The notes: a model not told the origin generated them from the sequence alone. A DNA stretch of 64,000 bases from an uncultured Eubacteriales bacterium (GCA_900552105.1 URYH01000001.1:2341-66340); one strand, 5' to 3'; numbered from the stretch's first letter, positions 25,813-36,125 are shown. Numbers and translations: made by a program.

Positions 25813-26907
25813 TTATAAATTTTTGTTCAACTTTTTTTCTTTATCCAAAATCAAAGCGCTTGCAAAACTTGCAAAAAACTCTGGAGATGTTTGATGTTTG
25901 AAAATGCAATCTTCGCGTGCCCTTGAACCGCTTCGGAATGCACAGTTAAGCAAGTCTGATAACAGGCGGGTGTTTTTGTCCGTTCGTTTCAAATATTTTT
26001 CGAGTGACAATTTTGCGAATATCAATTTTGTGTTTTGTGCATCAAGGTCGTCGACTGACAGCATTGCGTCATCGCGACTGATTAAATTTGAAATCATGAG
26101 TTTGCTGGGTCGAAAACATCTTGTTTTGTAATATCCCTCATCAATTGTTGCAAGAACTTGATTGATTTGGTTTGAGTTGTAATCGTTTTCTTTGAGCAAA
26201 CTTCGAATTTGATTTTGATTGGCAAGATATTGTTCTTTTTGTTTTTTGCAATACTCTTCGTCTTGAACAGCAAGTTGCATATGTTTGTGAGAGAATGTGC
26301 CGATTTGAAGCGAGGCGTCAATGTTGTTGAGAGTGTTTGATGCTTTATGCTTTGAATTTTTTGTGACAAATTCAGAATTTTTGTCAAACACACTATTTCG
26401 TCTTGCATTGAGCCCAGCAACAAAAGCACGGTCGGCAACTGAATAGAAATTTGACATTGTCGCGTATTCAAGTTTTCCAGCATTTTTGAGTTGTCGAATT
26501 TCATTTGAAAGTGTGTAGAGTGCGACAGAAAATTGACGTATCTCTTTTGCTGAAAGGTGGTCAACAAGATTTTGTTTTTCGCTCAACCCTTTTTGTTTTT
26601 TTATTGTTTCAAGACAGTGGGCGGTTACATCAACAAAGTTAAGCCCATAAAGTCCAGCATATACCGCTGAAATTATGTGCGAGAAAATTGTTCTGTCGTC
26701 ATAACTCACCATATTTTTTGAGTCGGGAGTGAGAATGCCAATGTTTTCAAGCCATTTTCGCTCTTTGAGTGTAAGACGCTCTTCGTTGAGTTTGGTGTTT
26801 TTCATTTTTCCAAGGAAAGCAACATCAGACGCAACCGTCTTGACTTCAAGCTTGAATATTTCACGAAACAGTGCTCGGAGTTCTTCTCCAAATATATTCT
26901 TTTCCAT
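25813..26907 (-). CDS. Hypothetical 364-aa protein, probably translated from a leaderless mRNA
   Basis: Long ORF with no motif I recognise and no SD. The ATG lies 6 nt downstream of a consensus -10 (see the promoter feature). Confidence 0.65.
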   Translation of the reverse strand: MEKNIFGEELRALFREIFKLEVKTVASDVAFLGKMKNTKLNEERLTLKERKWLENIGILTPDSKNMVSYDDRTIFSHIISAVYAGLYGLNFVDVTAHCLETIKKQKGLSEKQNLVDHLSAKEIRQFSVALYTLSNEIRQLKNAGKLEYATMSNFYSVADRAFVAGLNARRNSVFDKNSEFVTKNSKHKASNTLNNIDASLQIGTFSHKHMQLAVQDEEYCKKQKEQYLANQNQIRSLLKENDYNSNQINQVLATIDEGYYKTRCFRPSKLMISNLISRDDAMLSVDDLDAQNTKLIFAKLSLEKYLKRTDKNTRLLSDLLNCAFRSGSRAREDCIFKHQTSPEFFASFASALILDKEKKLNKNL

Positions 26908-26913
26908 ACAAAT

Positions 26914-26942
26914 ATTATATCATATATAAATTCATTTTGCAA
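26914..26942 (-). promoter_or_regulatory. Near-consensus promoter positioned for a leaderless transcript
   Basis: On the minus strand: TTGCAA (26942-26937), 17-nt spacer ending TGa, TATAAT (26919-26914), then 6 nt (atttgt) and ATG at 26907. Confidence 0.6.
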
Positions 26943-27005
26943 GAACACTTTTTGTCAGTTGACTTTTGGATTTTTTTGTGTAAAATTTAGTTTAACGAGG
27001 TTGAT

Positions 27006-27650
27006 ATGATTAGTGTAAAAAATGTTTGCTTGAAGTTTACGAAAGAGTTTTATGCACTCTATGATGTTTCATTTGATATCCAAAAAGGTGAGAGCGTTGC
27101 ACTCCTTGGCGGGGAAGACAGCGGCAAAACAAGCATGCTTCGTGTTCTTTGCAAGCTTGAAGACATCAATAGTGGGGAAATCTATATAAAAGGCATTCCA
27201 CTCAAAAAACTCGATTTCAAAAACGACATTTCAATGGGATATTTCCCTCAAACTCCCGTTTTTATGGAAAGAAAAACCGTCAAAGAAAACTTGGAATTTG
27301 TTCTCAAAGACAGAGGATTCACAAAATATGAAATTGAGGAAAAAATCAATGAAGCTTTGATTTTGTTCGACCTAGCAAAATATAAAGACGAAAAAATCAA
27401 GAAACTCAGTCTGTTTGAAAAATATATGATTGCACTCATTCGCTTGTCATTCAGAAAACTTGATGTTCTATTGATAAATAATGTTTTTGACCAAGTTGAA
27501 AACGATGGAAGAGAAAAACTTATCAAACTCTTTGATGATATGTTTGTCAAATCCGGAGTCACTTGCCTCATTGCAACAACAAGTGAAGAAATTGCGAACA
27601 GACTTTGTTCAAGAACTATAAAGTTTAATAACGGGCAGGTTGAAGACTAA
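27006..27650 (+). CDS. Degenerate ABC-type ATPase-like protein (catalytic residues lost)
   Basis: Walker A GGEDSGKTS and a Q-loop Q are retained. The signature is LSLFEK instead of LSGGQ. Walker B is LLINNVFDQVE instead of hhhhDE. The H-loop His is absent (IATTSEE). Confidence 0.7.
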   Translation: MISVKNVCLKFTKEFYALYDVSFDIQKGESVALLGGEDSGKTSMLRVLCKLEDINSGEIYIKGIPLKKLDFKNDISMGYFPQTPVFMERKTVKENLEFVLKDRGFTKYEIEEKINEALILFDLAKYKDEKIKKLSLFEKYMIALIRLSFRKLDVLLINNVFDQVENDGREKLIKLFDDMFVKSGVTCLIATTSEEIANRLCSRTIKFNNGQVED

Positions 27651-28009
27651 TGGACAAAATGACAAATGATGAGGAACTTGGAAGTTTGTGTGACGATGTG
27701 AGAGCGTTGTTCTCAACTGGCAATATTGTTGATTTTGCCCTTGAAAGACAAAAAATGCAGTTTATAACCATTTTTTCAAATGAAAATATATTAAATATTT
27801 TGAGAGATGAAGAAATTATGTCAACAATAAAAATTTTCTTTGACAATAATCTCAACATTTCTCAAGCATCAAAAAATGGGTTTATGCACCGTAACACTTT
27901 GACATATCGTCTTGACAAAGTAAAAAAACACACGGGACTCAACCTCAAAAACTTTGATGACGCAATAATATTTGCAAATCTCGTCACAGTTTTCCGAAAA
28001 ATGTTTTAA
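27650..28009 (+). CDS. Small PucR/CdaR-type helix-turn-helix protein
   Basis: 119 aa. C-terminal HTH ISQASKNGFMHRNTLTYRLDKVKKHTGLNLKNFDD. Its ATG shares a base with the upstream TAA (TAATG). Confidence 0.65.
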   Translation: MDKMTNDEELGSLCDDVRALFSTGNIVDFALERQKMQFITIFSNENILNILRDEEIMSTIKIFFDNNLNISQASKNGFMHRNTLTYRLDKVKKHTGLNLKNFDDAIIFANLVTVFRKMF

Positions 28010-28482
28010 TCGTCAAGGTCAGATATTTTTTTGAAACTCTCAATGCTTTGCTTTGAATTTTTGTTTAGGTCGACATCTTTGTCGTCCTTTTTGTTATTGC
28101 CCAAAATTGATGAAACAAGAGAGAGCGGATTTCCTGAACTTGCGCCAGACTTGTTCCCTCCAAGCAAACTCGCAATATTAAGCCCGCTGCCACCTCCGCC
28201 GTTCATCCCAGCAAGAAGTGGCAACAAACTTTGAATGTCGAGTCCGCCACCACTTGCTGGGGCTTGTTGCTGTGTCACTTGTTGCATGGGTGAAGAATCT
28301 GGTGCAAAATTTGGCATGAACTGTGTTGCAGAAGCTTGCGTTTGTGGCTGCTTTGGCGTGTCAAACGCTTCTTTTGGATAGTAGTTTTCAGAAAGATTAT
28401 AATTTTGTGGTGCGGGGCGAGGTGCGGGAGAAGCGGATTGTTTTTGCCCCAAAAATCCTTTTAATAATTTTGATAAATTCAT
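28006..28482 (-). CDS. Low-complexity Pro/Gln/Gly/Ser-rich protein (158 aa)
   Basis: ATG 28482 with an AAAGGAA RBS. The ORF-track extension upstream is unsupported. Confidence 0.5.
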   Translation of the reverse strand: MNLSKLLKGFLGQKQSASPAPRPAPQNYNLSENYYPKEAFDTPKQPQTQASATQFMPNFAPDSSPMQQVTQQQAPASGGGLDIQSLLPLLAGMNGGGGSGLNIASLLGGNKSGASSGNPLSLVSSILGNNKKDDKDVDLNKNSKQSIESFKKISDLDD

Positions 28483-28547
28483 AGCGTTTCCTTTCACTAA
28501 TAAATATATGCGCGCATATATTAAACTAGTTAGTTTTGAGGTATTAA

Positions 28548-28838
28548 ATGTCAAAAAATTTGAAAGATTTTGCACAAATGAAGTTTGAAGAGGCACCAAA
28601 AGACACATCAAGGAACTCACAAACAGAGCCACCTAAGGACTTTCAAAACTTCTATGACTCGCACAAAAACTTGTCACAGAACCAACTTCAAGAAGAACTA
28701 ATCAAAGAAGTTGCAAAACAAAAAATGGCTGGAACATTTGATTTTGAAAAACTATCAAACACATTTAATATGATGGCGCCTTACATGAGTGAGGAACAAA
28801 AAAATCATATTAATTCAATTTTGCAAGGACTCAAATGA
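28548..28838 (+). CDS. Hypothetical 96-aa protein
   Basis: GAGG RBS. Its stop overlaps the start of the subtilase gene (ATGA at 28835). Confidence 0.55.
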   Translation: MSKNLKDFAQMKFEEAPKDTSRNSQTEPPKDFQNFYDSHKNLSQNQLQEELIKEVAKQKMAGTFDFEKLSNTFNMMAPYMSEEQKNHINSILQGLK

Positions 28839-30004
28839 AACAAAAGATTGACCCAAGTTTATATGAAAGCGTGTTCACTCTTTCAAGCAAAGAAAATGTT
28901 GACTGCCTGATTTATTCAAGAAGTCCATATCAGCTTGAAAATTATTTTGTGAAAAACAAGAAAATTCTCGGCATTTCGTCAATAGATGTTTTTCCGTTTA
29001 TTGGTGCGGTTGGTGTCAATATTTTGCCAAGTTCTTTGCAAAAAATTTCAGCGCTCAAAATTGTTGAGTATGTTTCGCGTGCGGCAAGTGTTCAAGCAAT
29101 GATTGATGTTTCGCGAAAAATTATGAGGGTGGACGAAGTTCATAATGCGGGATTTCGCGGTGAGGGTGTGACAATTTGCTATATCGACACAGGGCTTGCT
29201 CCACACATGGACTTTGTGTTTGGCAAAAACCGCGTCCTTCATTTTGAAAACTTTGTGACAGACAATCAAACCATGCATGACGACAACGGCCATGGGACTT
29301 TTGTTTGCGGTGTTGGAAGCGGCAATGGTCTTGCGAGTGGTGGGAAATATGAAGGTGTTGCACCGGCCTCAAACATTGTTGCCCTCAAAGCACTTTCGAG
29401 TGATGGCGAAAGTGGAGCAATGACCATTCTTTCTGCCATGCAGTGGGTTTATGACCACCATTTGGAATATAACATTCGCGTTGTGTGTATGAGCTTTGGA
29501 AGTGAGCCAATGATGGTTAATGACCCAATCGCAAAAGGTGCTGAAATGCTTGTTGGCAAGGGGATTGTTGTTGTTGCGGCAGCGGGAAACTCTGGGCCCG
29601 AATATCAGACAATCAAGTCGCCAGGAGTCAGCACAAAAATAATCACGGTCGGCGGGCTTGATGACAGGCGTGTGTTTGATGGGCACTACGACACAAAGGA
29701 TTTTAAAATTGCCAAATTTTCTTCGCGAGGGCCAGCGTTTTCAAAGTTTAAACCTGATTGTCTTGCGCCTTCCGTTGATATTACATCTTGCACGCAGGAC
29801 AAAAAGATGTATGGGAAAATGAGCGGCACAAGTGTTGCCACTCCAATGATTGCGGGATTATGTGCTTTGATTTTGCAGAAATATCCGCGAGCAACACCAT
29901 ATCAAGTCAAGCAAAAACTTGTTGCAAGTTGCAGACCAATATCATTCAATAAGAATGAAGAGGGTTATGGACTGGTTGATGCGTTCAAATTCGTTATGTT
30001 TTGA
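28835..30004 (+). CDS. Subtilisin-like (S8) serine peptidase without a signal peptide
   Basis: Catalytic triad contexts D (VTICYIDTGL), H (HGTFVCGVG) and S (SGTSVATPMIAG). An N-terminal region of about 100 aa resembles a prodomain. Confidence 0.85.
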   Translation: MKQKIDPSLYESVFTLSSKENVDCLIYSRSPYQLENYFVKNKKILGISSIDVFPFIGAVGVNILPSSLQKISALKIVEYVSRAASVQAMIDVSRKIMRVDEVHNAGFRGEGVTICYIDTGLAPHMDFVFGKNRVLHFENFVTDNQTMHDDNGHGTFVCGVGSGNGLASGGKYEGVAPASNIVALKALSSDGESGAMTILSAMQWVYDHHLEYNIRVVCMSFGSEPMMVNDPIAKGAEMLVGKGIVVVAAAGNSGPEYQTIKSPGVSTKIITVGGLDDRRVFDGHYDTKDFKIAKFSSRGPAFSKFKPDCLAPSVDITSCTQDKKMYGKMSGTSVATPMIAGLCALILQKYPRATPYQVKQKLVASCRPISFNKNEEGYGLVDAFKFVMF

Positions 30005-31061
30005 TGTTTGAAACAATGATGTCAACAATCCTCTGATTTGCTGAACTTTCTTTTGAATTTGACATATTCTTTTTGAGTATGTCTTTTTTGTATAATGTGA
30101 TTTCAATTTCTTTGACAAATTTTTGATTTGTTGCGTTCTCTTGTTCAAACACTCGGAAATAGCCAAGTTTTTCAAAGTATTTTGCGTTGTCGATTTGGTC
30201 GCCACGACTTTCGAGTTTCGGCAGAGGAATGAGAAGGGCGGGAAGGCGTGTGGCGATGAGCTCAAAAAGTGTGTTTGCACCACTTCGACAAACCGCAATA
30301 TCACTCATGGCAAAAAAATCTTGTATGTTTGAAACAAATTCAAACTGCTTGTAATTTTGAATATTTATGCTTTTGTTTTGGTTGCCTCGCCCAACAATAT
30401 GAGCGATGTTATATTTTTTTGAAAGTGTTTGAATATTGTTCCAAACAAGTTGGTTTATTGCCATTGCTCCGATTGAACCGCCAAACACCAAAATCACTGG
30501 ACGAGAATCAAACCCAAGTTTTTGTTTTTGAACTTTTCCGCGTCCCGCTGTGATTTCTGGACGAACAGGCGAGCCTGTGCAAATCATTTTTGATTTTTTT
30601 TGTTGCATCTCAAAACTTGTGCACATCACTGTTGCGTAGTGATAGATAATTTTGTTTGCAAGTCCCATCGAAAAATCAGATTCGTGTGAAATAACAGGAA
30701 TTTTTAATTTTTTGCCCGAAATTGCAACAGGAATTGCAACATAACCGCCTTTTGAGAAAATTATGTCTGGTTTTAACCCTTTTAAGACTTTTTTTGTTTT
30801 GCGAATTGAAGAGATGAGTTTGAATGGCAACAAGAACAAGTCAAAGGAAAAAGTCCTTCGAAACTTGACCGCAGGAATCTCAACAAATTCAATTTCGGGA
30901 TATGATTTCAAAATTTCTTTTTCAATGCCAGTCGCAGTCCCAAAATAATAAATTTTGTCAAAGTGTTTTTCGAGTTCTGGAACGAGTGCAAGGTTTGGCA
31001 TGACGTGACCCGCTGTTCCACCACCAGTGAGAACGATTGATTTTTCTTTTTTGCTTTCCAT
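29994..31061 (-). CDS. murG: Undecaprenyldiphospho-muramoylpentapeptide beta-N-acetylglucosaminyltransferase
   Basis: 355 aa, with the N-terminal G-loop LTGGGTAGHVMPNLAL. Confidence 0.85.
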   Translation of the reverse strand: MESKKEKSIVLTGGGTAGHVMPNLALVPELEKHFDKIYYFGTATGIEKEILKSYPEIEFVEIPAVKFRRTFSFDLFLLPFKLISSIRKTKKVLKGLKPDIIFSKGGYVAIPVAISGKKLKIPVISHESDFSMGLANKIIYHYATVMCTSFEMQQKKSKMICTGSPVRPEITAGRGKVQKQKLGFDSRPVILVFGGSIGAMAINQLVWNNIQTLSKKYNIAHIVGRGNQNKSINIQNYKQFEFVSNIQDFFAMSDIAVCRSGANTLFELIATRLPALLIPLPKLESRGDQIDNAKYFEKLGYFRVFEQENATNQKFVKEIEITLYKKDILKKNMSNSKESSANQRIVDIIVSNIKT

Positions 31062-31278
31062 ATTGTTATTGTATGCATATCTTAATTATTTTATTTTTAT
31101 GAATAAATATGCAATAACATAAATTTTTATACAACGCAAAAAATTTTAGATGGCTTGAAGTGTTTTTATTTTTTTAATTTGTTTGACGATTTTTTCTTTT
31201 AAAAAGTTTGACAAAATCTTGTTTTAATTTGTTTTGTTATGATATAATAAAAAAGATTGATTATTTTTTGGAGAACGT

Positions 31279-33225
31279 ATGGCTGAGAATTACAAATCAA
31301 AAGACATCGTTGTTCTTGAAGGACTTGAAGCGGTTAGACTTCGTCCGGGAATGTATATTGGAACGACGAGTGTGAAAGGACTTCACCATCTCTTGTGGGA
31401 AATTGTCGACAACTCAATGGATGAGGTCGCAAATGGATATGGAAAAAGAATTTCAATAACTCTCCATGTTGACGGTTCTGTGACTGTTGAAGACGACGGA
31501 AGAGGAATTCCGGTTGATATTCACCCAACACTGAAAAAATCTGGTGTTGAGGTTGTTTTTACGCAACTCCATGCTGGCGGAAAATTCAACAACGACAATT
31601 ATGGTTATTCAGGTGGTTTGCACGGCGTTGGTGCGTCAGTCACCAATGCACTTTCGAGTTGGCTCAAAGTGACAGTCAACAAGGATAAGAAAAAATATTA
31701 CATGGAGTTTTCGAGTTTCAAGGACGAAAACGGAAAATGGCACAGCGGAATTCCAGTTTGTCCACTCAAAGAGATTGGTGTTTCGACTCATTCTGGAACA
31801 AAAGTGACTTTCATGCCGGATAGTTCAGTTTTTGAAACAATTGTGTTTGATTATGCAACCATTGCAAAAAGATTGAGAGAACTGGCATATCTGAACAAAG
31901 GTGTCATGATTTCGCTCACGGACGAAAGACAAAACAAAGCGGAAGACTTTCATTTTGAGGGCGGTGTCAAAGACTTTGCTTTATACATGATTCAAGGCAA
32001 AACACCACTTTTCAAAGATCCAATTCTTATGGAAGCAGAGAGCAAAGTTCTCAAGCTTGAAGCGGCGGTCATCTACACAGATTCATACACCGAAAACTCT
32101 TTTTCATATGTAAACAACATTCCAACCACCGAAGGCGGAATGCATGAAACAGGCTTTAAGAGTGCGTTCACAAAAACCATGAATGATGTTGCGAGAAAGA
32201 ATGGACTTCTCAAAGAAAAAGAGCAAAACCTTTTGGGCGAAGACTTTCGCGAGGGCATCACGGTTATGCTTTCAATCAAAATGCGAAATGTTCAGTTTGA
32301 AGGACAAACAAAAACAAAACTCGGAAATCCCGAAGCCAAAACCGAAGTTGATGCTTTGGTTTCGAGCGAACTCCAAAAGTTTTTTGACAAAAAAGAAAAC
32401 ATCAAGATTGCAGAAATCATCATAAACAAAGCAAAGGGTGCAGCAAAAACAAGAGAAGCAGCACGCAAAGCAAAAGAAATAACACGTCAAAAGAACAGCA
32501 TTGACAACTATAACTTGGTTGGAAAACTTGCTGCATGCACAACGCGAAAGAACGACACAACCGAACTCTTTATTGTTGAGGGTGATTCGGCGGGCGGAAG
32601 CGCAAAGCAAGCGCGCGACAGGTCGTTCCAAGCAATTTTGCCACTTCGCGGAAAACCGCTTAATGCGGAAAAGAAAAGACTTGACCAAGTTCTTGCAAAC
32701 GAAGAAGTTAGGACAATAATTTCAGCACTCGAAACTGGAATTGGCGAAGATTTTGACATTTCAAACCTTCGTTATAACAAAGTTATCATTCTTTCCGATG
32801 CTGACCAAGACGGCTTCCATATTCGTGCAATTCTTCTCACATTCTTCTTCCGTTATATGAAGAGTTTGGTGACAGACGGACACGTTTATATTGGATTGCC
32901 ACCACTTTATCGTGTTTATAAAAAAGACTATTCAGAATATGTTTATTCAGATGCAGAACTTCCTGATGCAATCAAACGCGCTGGGAAAGGGTATCAAATT
33001 CAACGCTTCAAAGGACTTGGCGAAATGAACCCTGAACAACTTTGGGACACAACCATGGACCCAAGCAAGCGTTCTCTTTTGCGTGTGACCATTGACGATG
33101 TCGCAGAAGCGGAAAGAATGGTGACGACGCTTATGGGTGATGATATTGATGCAAGAAAAGAATATTTGAATGAACATTGCAATTTCAATCGTGAAGACAC
33201 ATTTATAAAGGAAGTCGATAGATAA
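31279..33225 (+). CDS. parE: Type IIA topoisomerase subunit B (ParE-like; GyrB not excluded)
   Basis: 648 aa. GHKL ATPase LHHLLWEIVDNSMDE, Toprim ELFIVEGDSAGGSAKQ and PLRGK, and DADQDGFHI. Confidence 0.8.
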   Translation: MAENYKSKDIVVLEGLEAVRLRPGMYIGTTSVKGLHHLLWEIVDNSMDEVANGYGKRISITLHVDGSVTVEDDGRGIPVDIHPTLKKSGVEVVFTQLHAGGKFNNDNYGYSGGLHGVGASVTNALSSWLKVTVNKDKKKYYMEFSSFKDENGKWHSGIPVCPLKEIGVSTHSGTKVTFMPDSSVFETIVFDYATIAKRLRELAYLNKGVMISLTDERQNKAEDFHFEGGVKDFALYMIQGKTPLFKDPILMEAESKVLKLEAAVIYTDSYTENSFSYVNNIPTTEGGMHETGFKSAFTKTMNDVARKNGLLKEKEQNLLGEDFREGITVMLSIKMRNVQFEGQTKTKLGNPEAKTEVDALVSSELQKFFDKKENIKIAEIIINKAKGAAKTREAARKAKEITRQKNSIDNYNLVGKLAACTTRKNDTTELFIVEGDSAGGSAKQARDRSFQAILPLRGKPLNAEKKRLDQVLANEEVRTIISALETGIGEDFDISNLRYNKVIILSDADQDGFHIRAILLTFFFRYMKSLVTDGHVYIGLPPLYRVYKKDYSEYVYSDAELPDAIKRAGKGYQIQRFKGLGEMNPEQLWDTTMDPSKRSLLRVTIDDVAEAERMVTTLMGDDIDARKEYLNEHCNFNREDTFIKEVDR

Positions 33226-36075
33226 TTGGACGAAAAAGAAAATCAACACAAACCAAATAATGTTTTGCCGGGGCAAGTTCGCTATGATGAACTTCTTTCT
33301 TCCATGACGCAGGAAGAAGAACATAGCGAAAATGTTTCTTCGCAAAAAATTGAAGGTCAAATTGATTTTTCGCAACTGCTTCTCGACCTTGATGCAAGGC
33401 TCAAACAAAGCGAAAGCACGCTCTCTCATGAACAAAAGCCATCGAGGCCACCAAAAGAGAGCCGAGAGCAAAAACTTGAGCGAGAAGAGAAAGAAAAAGA
33501 GCAAGTCGCGGAGTTTGAAGAACAAAAACGCGAGCAACAAAAAGCAAGTCAAAAAGTCGTTAAATCAGACATACAAAACCAAAAGAAGGAGGACGAAGAC
33601 ATGAGCATTGAGTTCAAAAACGAAGAAATTATTGAAGAGTCTCAAGACGCAAAAAGTGCCTTTTCTTTGCCTCCTCGCGGGAGTGACGGATTGTTTGAAA
33701 AAAGCATTGACGAAGTTTTGCACGATTCAATGATTCCATACACCGAACACGTCGTGCTTGACCGTGCACTTCCTCGTGTTGAAGACGGACTCAAACCTGT
33801 TCAAAGAAGAATTCTCTATTCCATGCTTGAACTCGGTGTCACACCAGACAAACCTTTCAGGAAGTCTGCGCGTATTGTTGGTGATTGCATGGGTAAATAT
33901 CACCCTCATGGCGATAGTTCTGTTTATGACGCAATGGTCAGAATGTCGCAAGATTTCTCAATGAGTGCTCCACTGATTTGGGGTCACGGAAACTTTGGCT
34001 CAGTTGATGGCGATGGTGCTGCTGCAATGAGATACACCGAAGCAAAACTTCAACCTCTCGCAATGGAACTTTTGCGTGATATTGAAAAAAATACAATTCG
34101 TTGGGGACTTAACTTTGACGACACATTGAAAGAACCAGATATTTTGCCGGGGCGTTTTCCAAACCTTTTGGTTAATGGTGCATATGGAATTGCTGTTGGT
34201 CTTGCAACAAACATTCCTCCTCACAATTTGGGCGAAGTGATTGACGGAACAGTGGCATATATTGACAACAACAAAATCACACTTGCCGAGATGATGAAAT
34301 ATATTCCTGCGCCAGATTTTCCAACCGGTGCTCAAATCACTGCGGGAGATGAAATCGTCAATGCTTATCGCACAGGAAAAGGCAAACTAATAATTCGAGC
34401 AAAATGCCACCTTGAATCAAAAGGTGACAAACGCGAACTCGTGTTCACTGAAATTCCTTATCAACAAAACAAGGCAGCAATTTTGCAAAAGATTGCTGAA
34501 CTCAAAAACGACGGAAAAAATCCACTCGCTGACATCTCTGAAATTCGTGATGAAAGCGATAGGGAAGGAATGCGTGCTGTCATTCGCCTAAAAAAGGAAG
34601 CAAATCCAAAAGAGGTTTTGGAATATCTCTATAAATCAACAAACTTGCAGACCGCATTCAGCATAAATATGTTTGCAATCGCTGGTGGAAAACCAAAACT
34701 CATGGGACTTCTTGACATCATTTCATACTATGTTGAATATCAACGTGAAGTCATCTATAAGAGAACAAAGTTTGATTATGATGCAGCAAAAGATAGGGCT
34801 CATATTGTTGAAGGACTTCTGATTGCAATCAAGAATATTGATGAAGTTATCAAAATCATCAAAAAGTCTTCAACCACGGCTGAGGCAAAGAGCAGGCTCA
34901 AAGACAGATTTTTGCTTTCTGAACGCCAAGCGCAGGCAATTCTTGACATGCGTCTTGCTCGACTTGTAAATCTTGAAGTTGAAAAACTTGAACTTGAACT
35001 CAAAGAACTCAAAGAGCTCATCAAACGACTTTCTGAAATCCTTGCTTCAAAGAAATTGCAATTTGAAATTGTTAAAAATGAACTTCTTGAAATCAAGAAG
35101 AAGTATTCAGTTCCAAGAAGAAGCGAGATAATCAAGACTCTTGAAATCAAACAACTCAAAGAAGAAGACGAAACAGCATATCAAAAAGATGTTTATATTG
35201 GTGTGACGGCGGCAAACAATGTCAAAAACATTGCAGCAAAAAATTACTCAATGGCTCAAAAAGAAATCACTGACACTTCAAGTGCGAACGACATTCACAC
35301 TGTGCTTGTTCCAACAAAATCAAAGAAAAAAATTTTGATGATAACAGAAAATGGAAATTGCATCAAAACTGATGTGCAAAAAATCCCAGAAGCAAAATGG
35401 CGTGACAAGGGAACATCAATAAAAAATATTGAGTCAAATGCTGATGTGAATGACAAAATTGTGTCAATCCTTGAAATGCCAGAAAAAACAGAAGATTTGC
35501 AAGTGCTGTTTATGACAAAATTTGGAATGGTCAAACTATCAAACTTTGACGACCTTGTCATCAGCAAAGGCTTCTATCAAGTCGTCAAACTCAAAGATGG
35601 CGATAAAGTTTTGTCAGCAGAAATCAAGACAAAAGACGGGTCGGTGATTATGCTCTCAAAGAGTGGCATGGTTCTCAATATGTCAAAGACTGACACTCCA
35701 ACACAAGGCAGAATTTCAACAGGTGTTATTGGAATGAGTCTTGAAGCAAAAGACGAAGTTGTTTGTGCGGGGCAAGTGAGTGCGGAAGACTCCTTGGTTG
35801 TGATGACAAACAAGGGTTTTGCAAAAAGAGTTTCGTGCAGTGAGTTTGATGTTTTGCCAAGAAATAGAAAAGGACTTCGAACGATTGCGCTTGGGGAAAA
35901 CGGAAAAGAAGTTTTGTTTGGACAAATTTATAACACCAATAAAATTATTGCAGTTCTCACAACAAATGGACTTGTGTCGGTAGCAACGCGTTCGCTCGAC
36001 GTTGAAGGGCGATACACAAAAGGCACTCAAAAAGTCAAACAAAAGATTGAAGAAGTATATTCTTATAACAGATAG
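33226..36075 (+). CDS. parC: Type IIA topoisomerase subunit A (ParC-like) with a possible 125-aa Glu/Lys-rich N-terminal extension
   Basis: [12 protein letters not shown], the active-site Tyr context [10 protein letters not shown], and no GyrA box seen. The frame is open from TTG 33226, directly after the parE stop. A strong internal start exists at ATG 33601 (AAGGAGGacgaagacATG). Confidence 0.8.
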   Translation: MDEKENQHKPNNVLPGQVRYDELLSSMTQEEEHSENVSSQKIEGQIDFSQLLLDLDARLKQSESTLSHEQKPSRPPKESREQKLEREEKEKEQVAEFEEQKREQQKASQKVVKSDIQNQKKEDEDMSIEFKNEEIIEESQDAKSAFSLPPRGSDGLFEKSIDEVLHDSMIPYTEHVVLDRALPRVEDGLKPVQRRILYSMLELGVTPDKPFRKSARIVGDCMGKYHPHGDSSVYDAMVRMSQDFSMSAPLIWGHGNFGSVDGDGAAAMRYTEAKLQPLAMELLRDIEKNTIRWGLNFDDTLKEPDILPGRFPNLLVNGAYGIAVGLATNIPPHNLGEVIDGTVAYIDNNKITLAEMMKYIPAPDFPTGAQITAGDEIVNAYRTGKGKLIIRAKCHLESKGDKRELVFTEIPYQQNKAAILQKIAELKNDGKNPLADISEIRDESDREGMRAVIRLKKEANPKEVLEYLYKSTNLQTAFSINMFAIAGGKPKLMGLLDIISYYVEYQREVIYKRTKFDYDAAKDRAHIVEGLLIAIKNIDEVIKIIKKSSTTAEAKSRLKDRFLLSERQAQAILDMRLARLVNLEVEKLELELKELKELIKRLSEILASKKLQFEIVKNELLEIKKKYSVPRRSEIIKTLEIKQLKEEDETAYQKDVYIGVTAANNVKNIAAKNYSMAQKEITDTSSANDIHTVLVPTKSKKKILMITENGNCIKTDVQKIPEAKWRDKGTSIKNIESNADVNDKIVSILEMPEKTEDLQVLFMTKFGMVKLSNFDDLVISKGFYQVVKLKDGDKVLSAEIKTKDGSVIMLSKSGMVLNMSKTDTPTQGRISTGVIGMSLEAKDEVVCAGQVSAEDSLVVMTNKGFAKRVSCSEFDVLPRNRKGLRTIALGENGKEVLFGQIYNTNKIIAVLTTNGLVSVATRSLDVEGRYTKGTQKVKQKIEEVYSYNR

Positions 36076-36096
36076 CAAATTCAAGCATTCAAGCAA

Positions 36097-36125
36097 AAAA
36101 CGAGGCACATAGCCCCGTTTTTTGT
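36097..36125 (+). terminator. Intrinsic terminator after parC
   Basis: aacgaggc / gccccgtt stem (one mismatch) followed by a T-run. Confidence 0.55.

Noticed and set aside
31279-36075. Calling the topoisomerase pair gyrB/gyrA
   Set aside because: The A subunit has [10 protein letters not shown] (a ParC-like Gln), and I could not find a GyrA box (QRRGGKG-like). No dnaA/dnaN/recF context is present. I kept the parE/parC call at moderate confidence; a phylogeny is needed.
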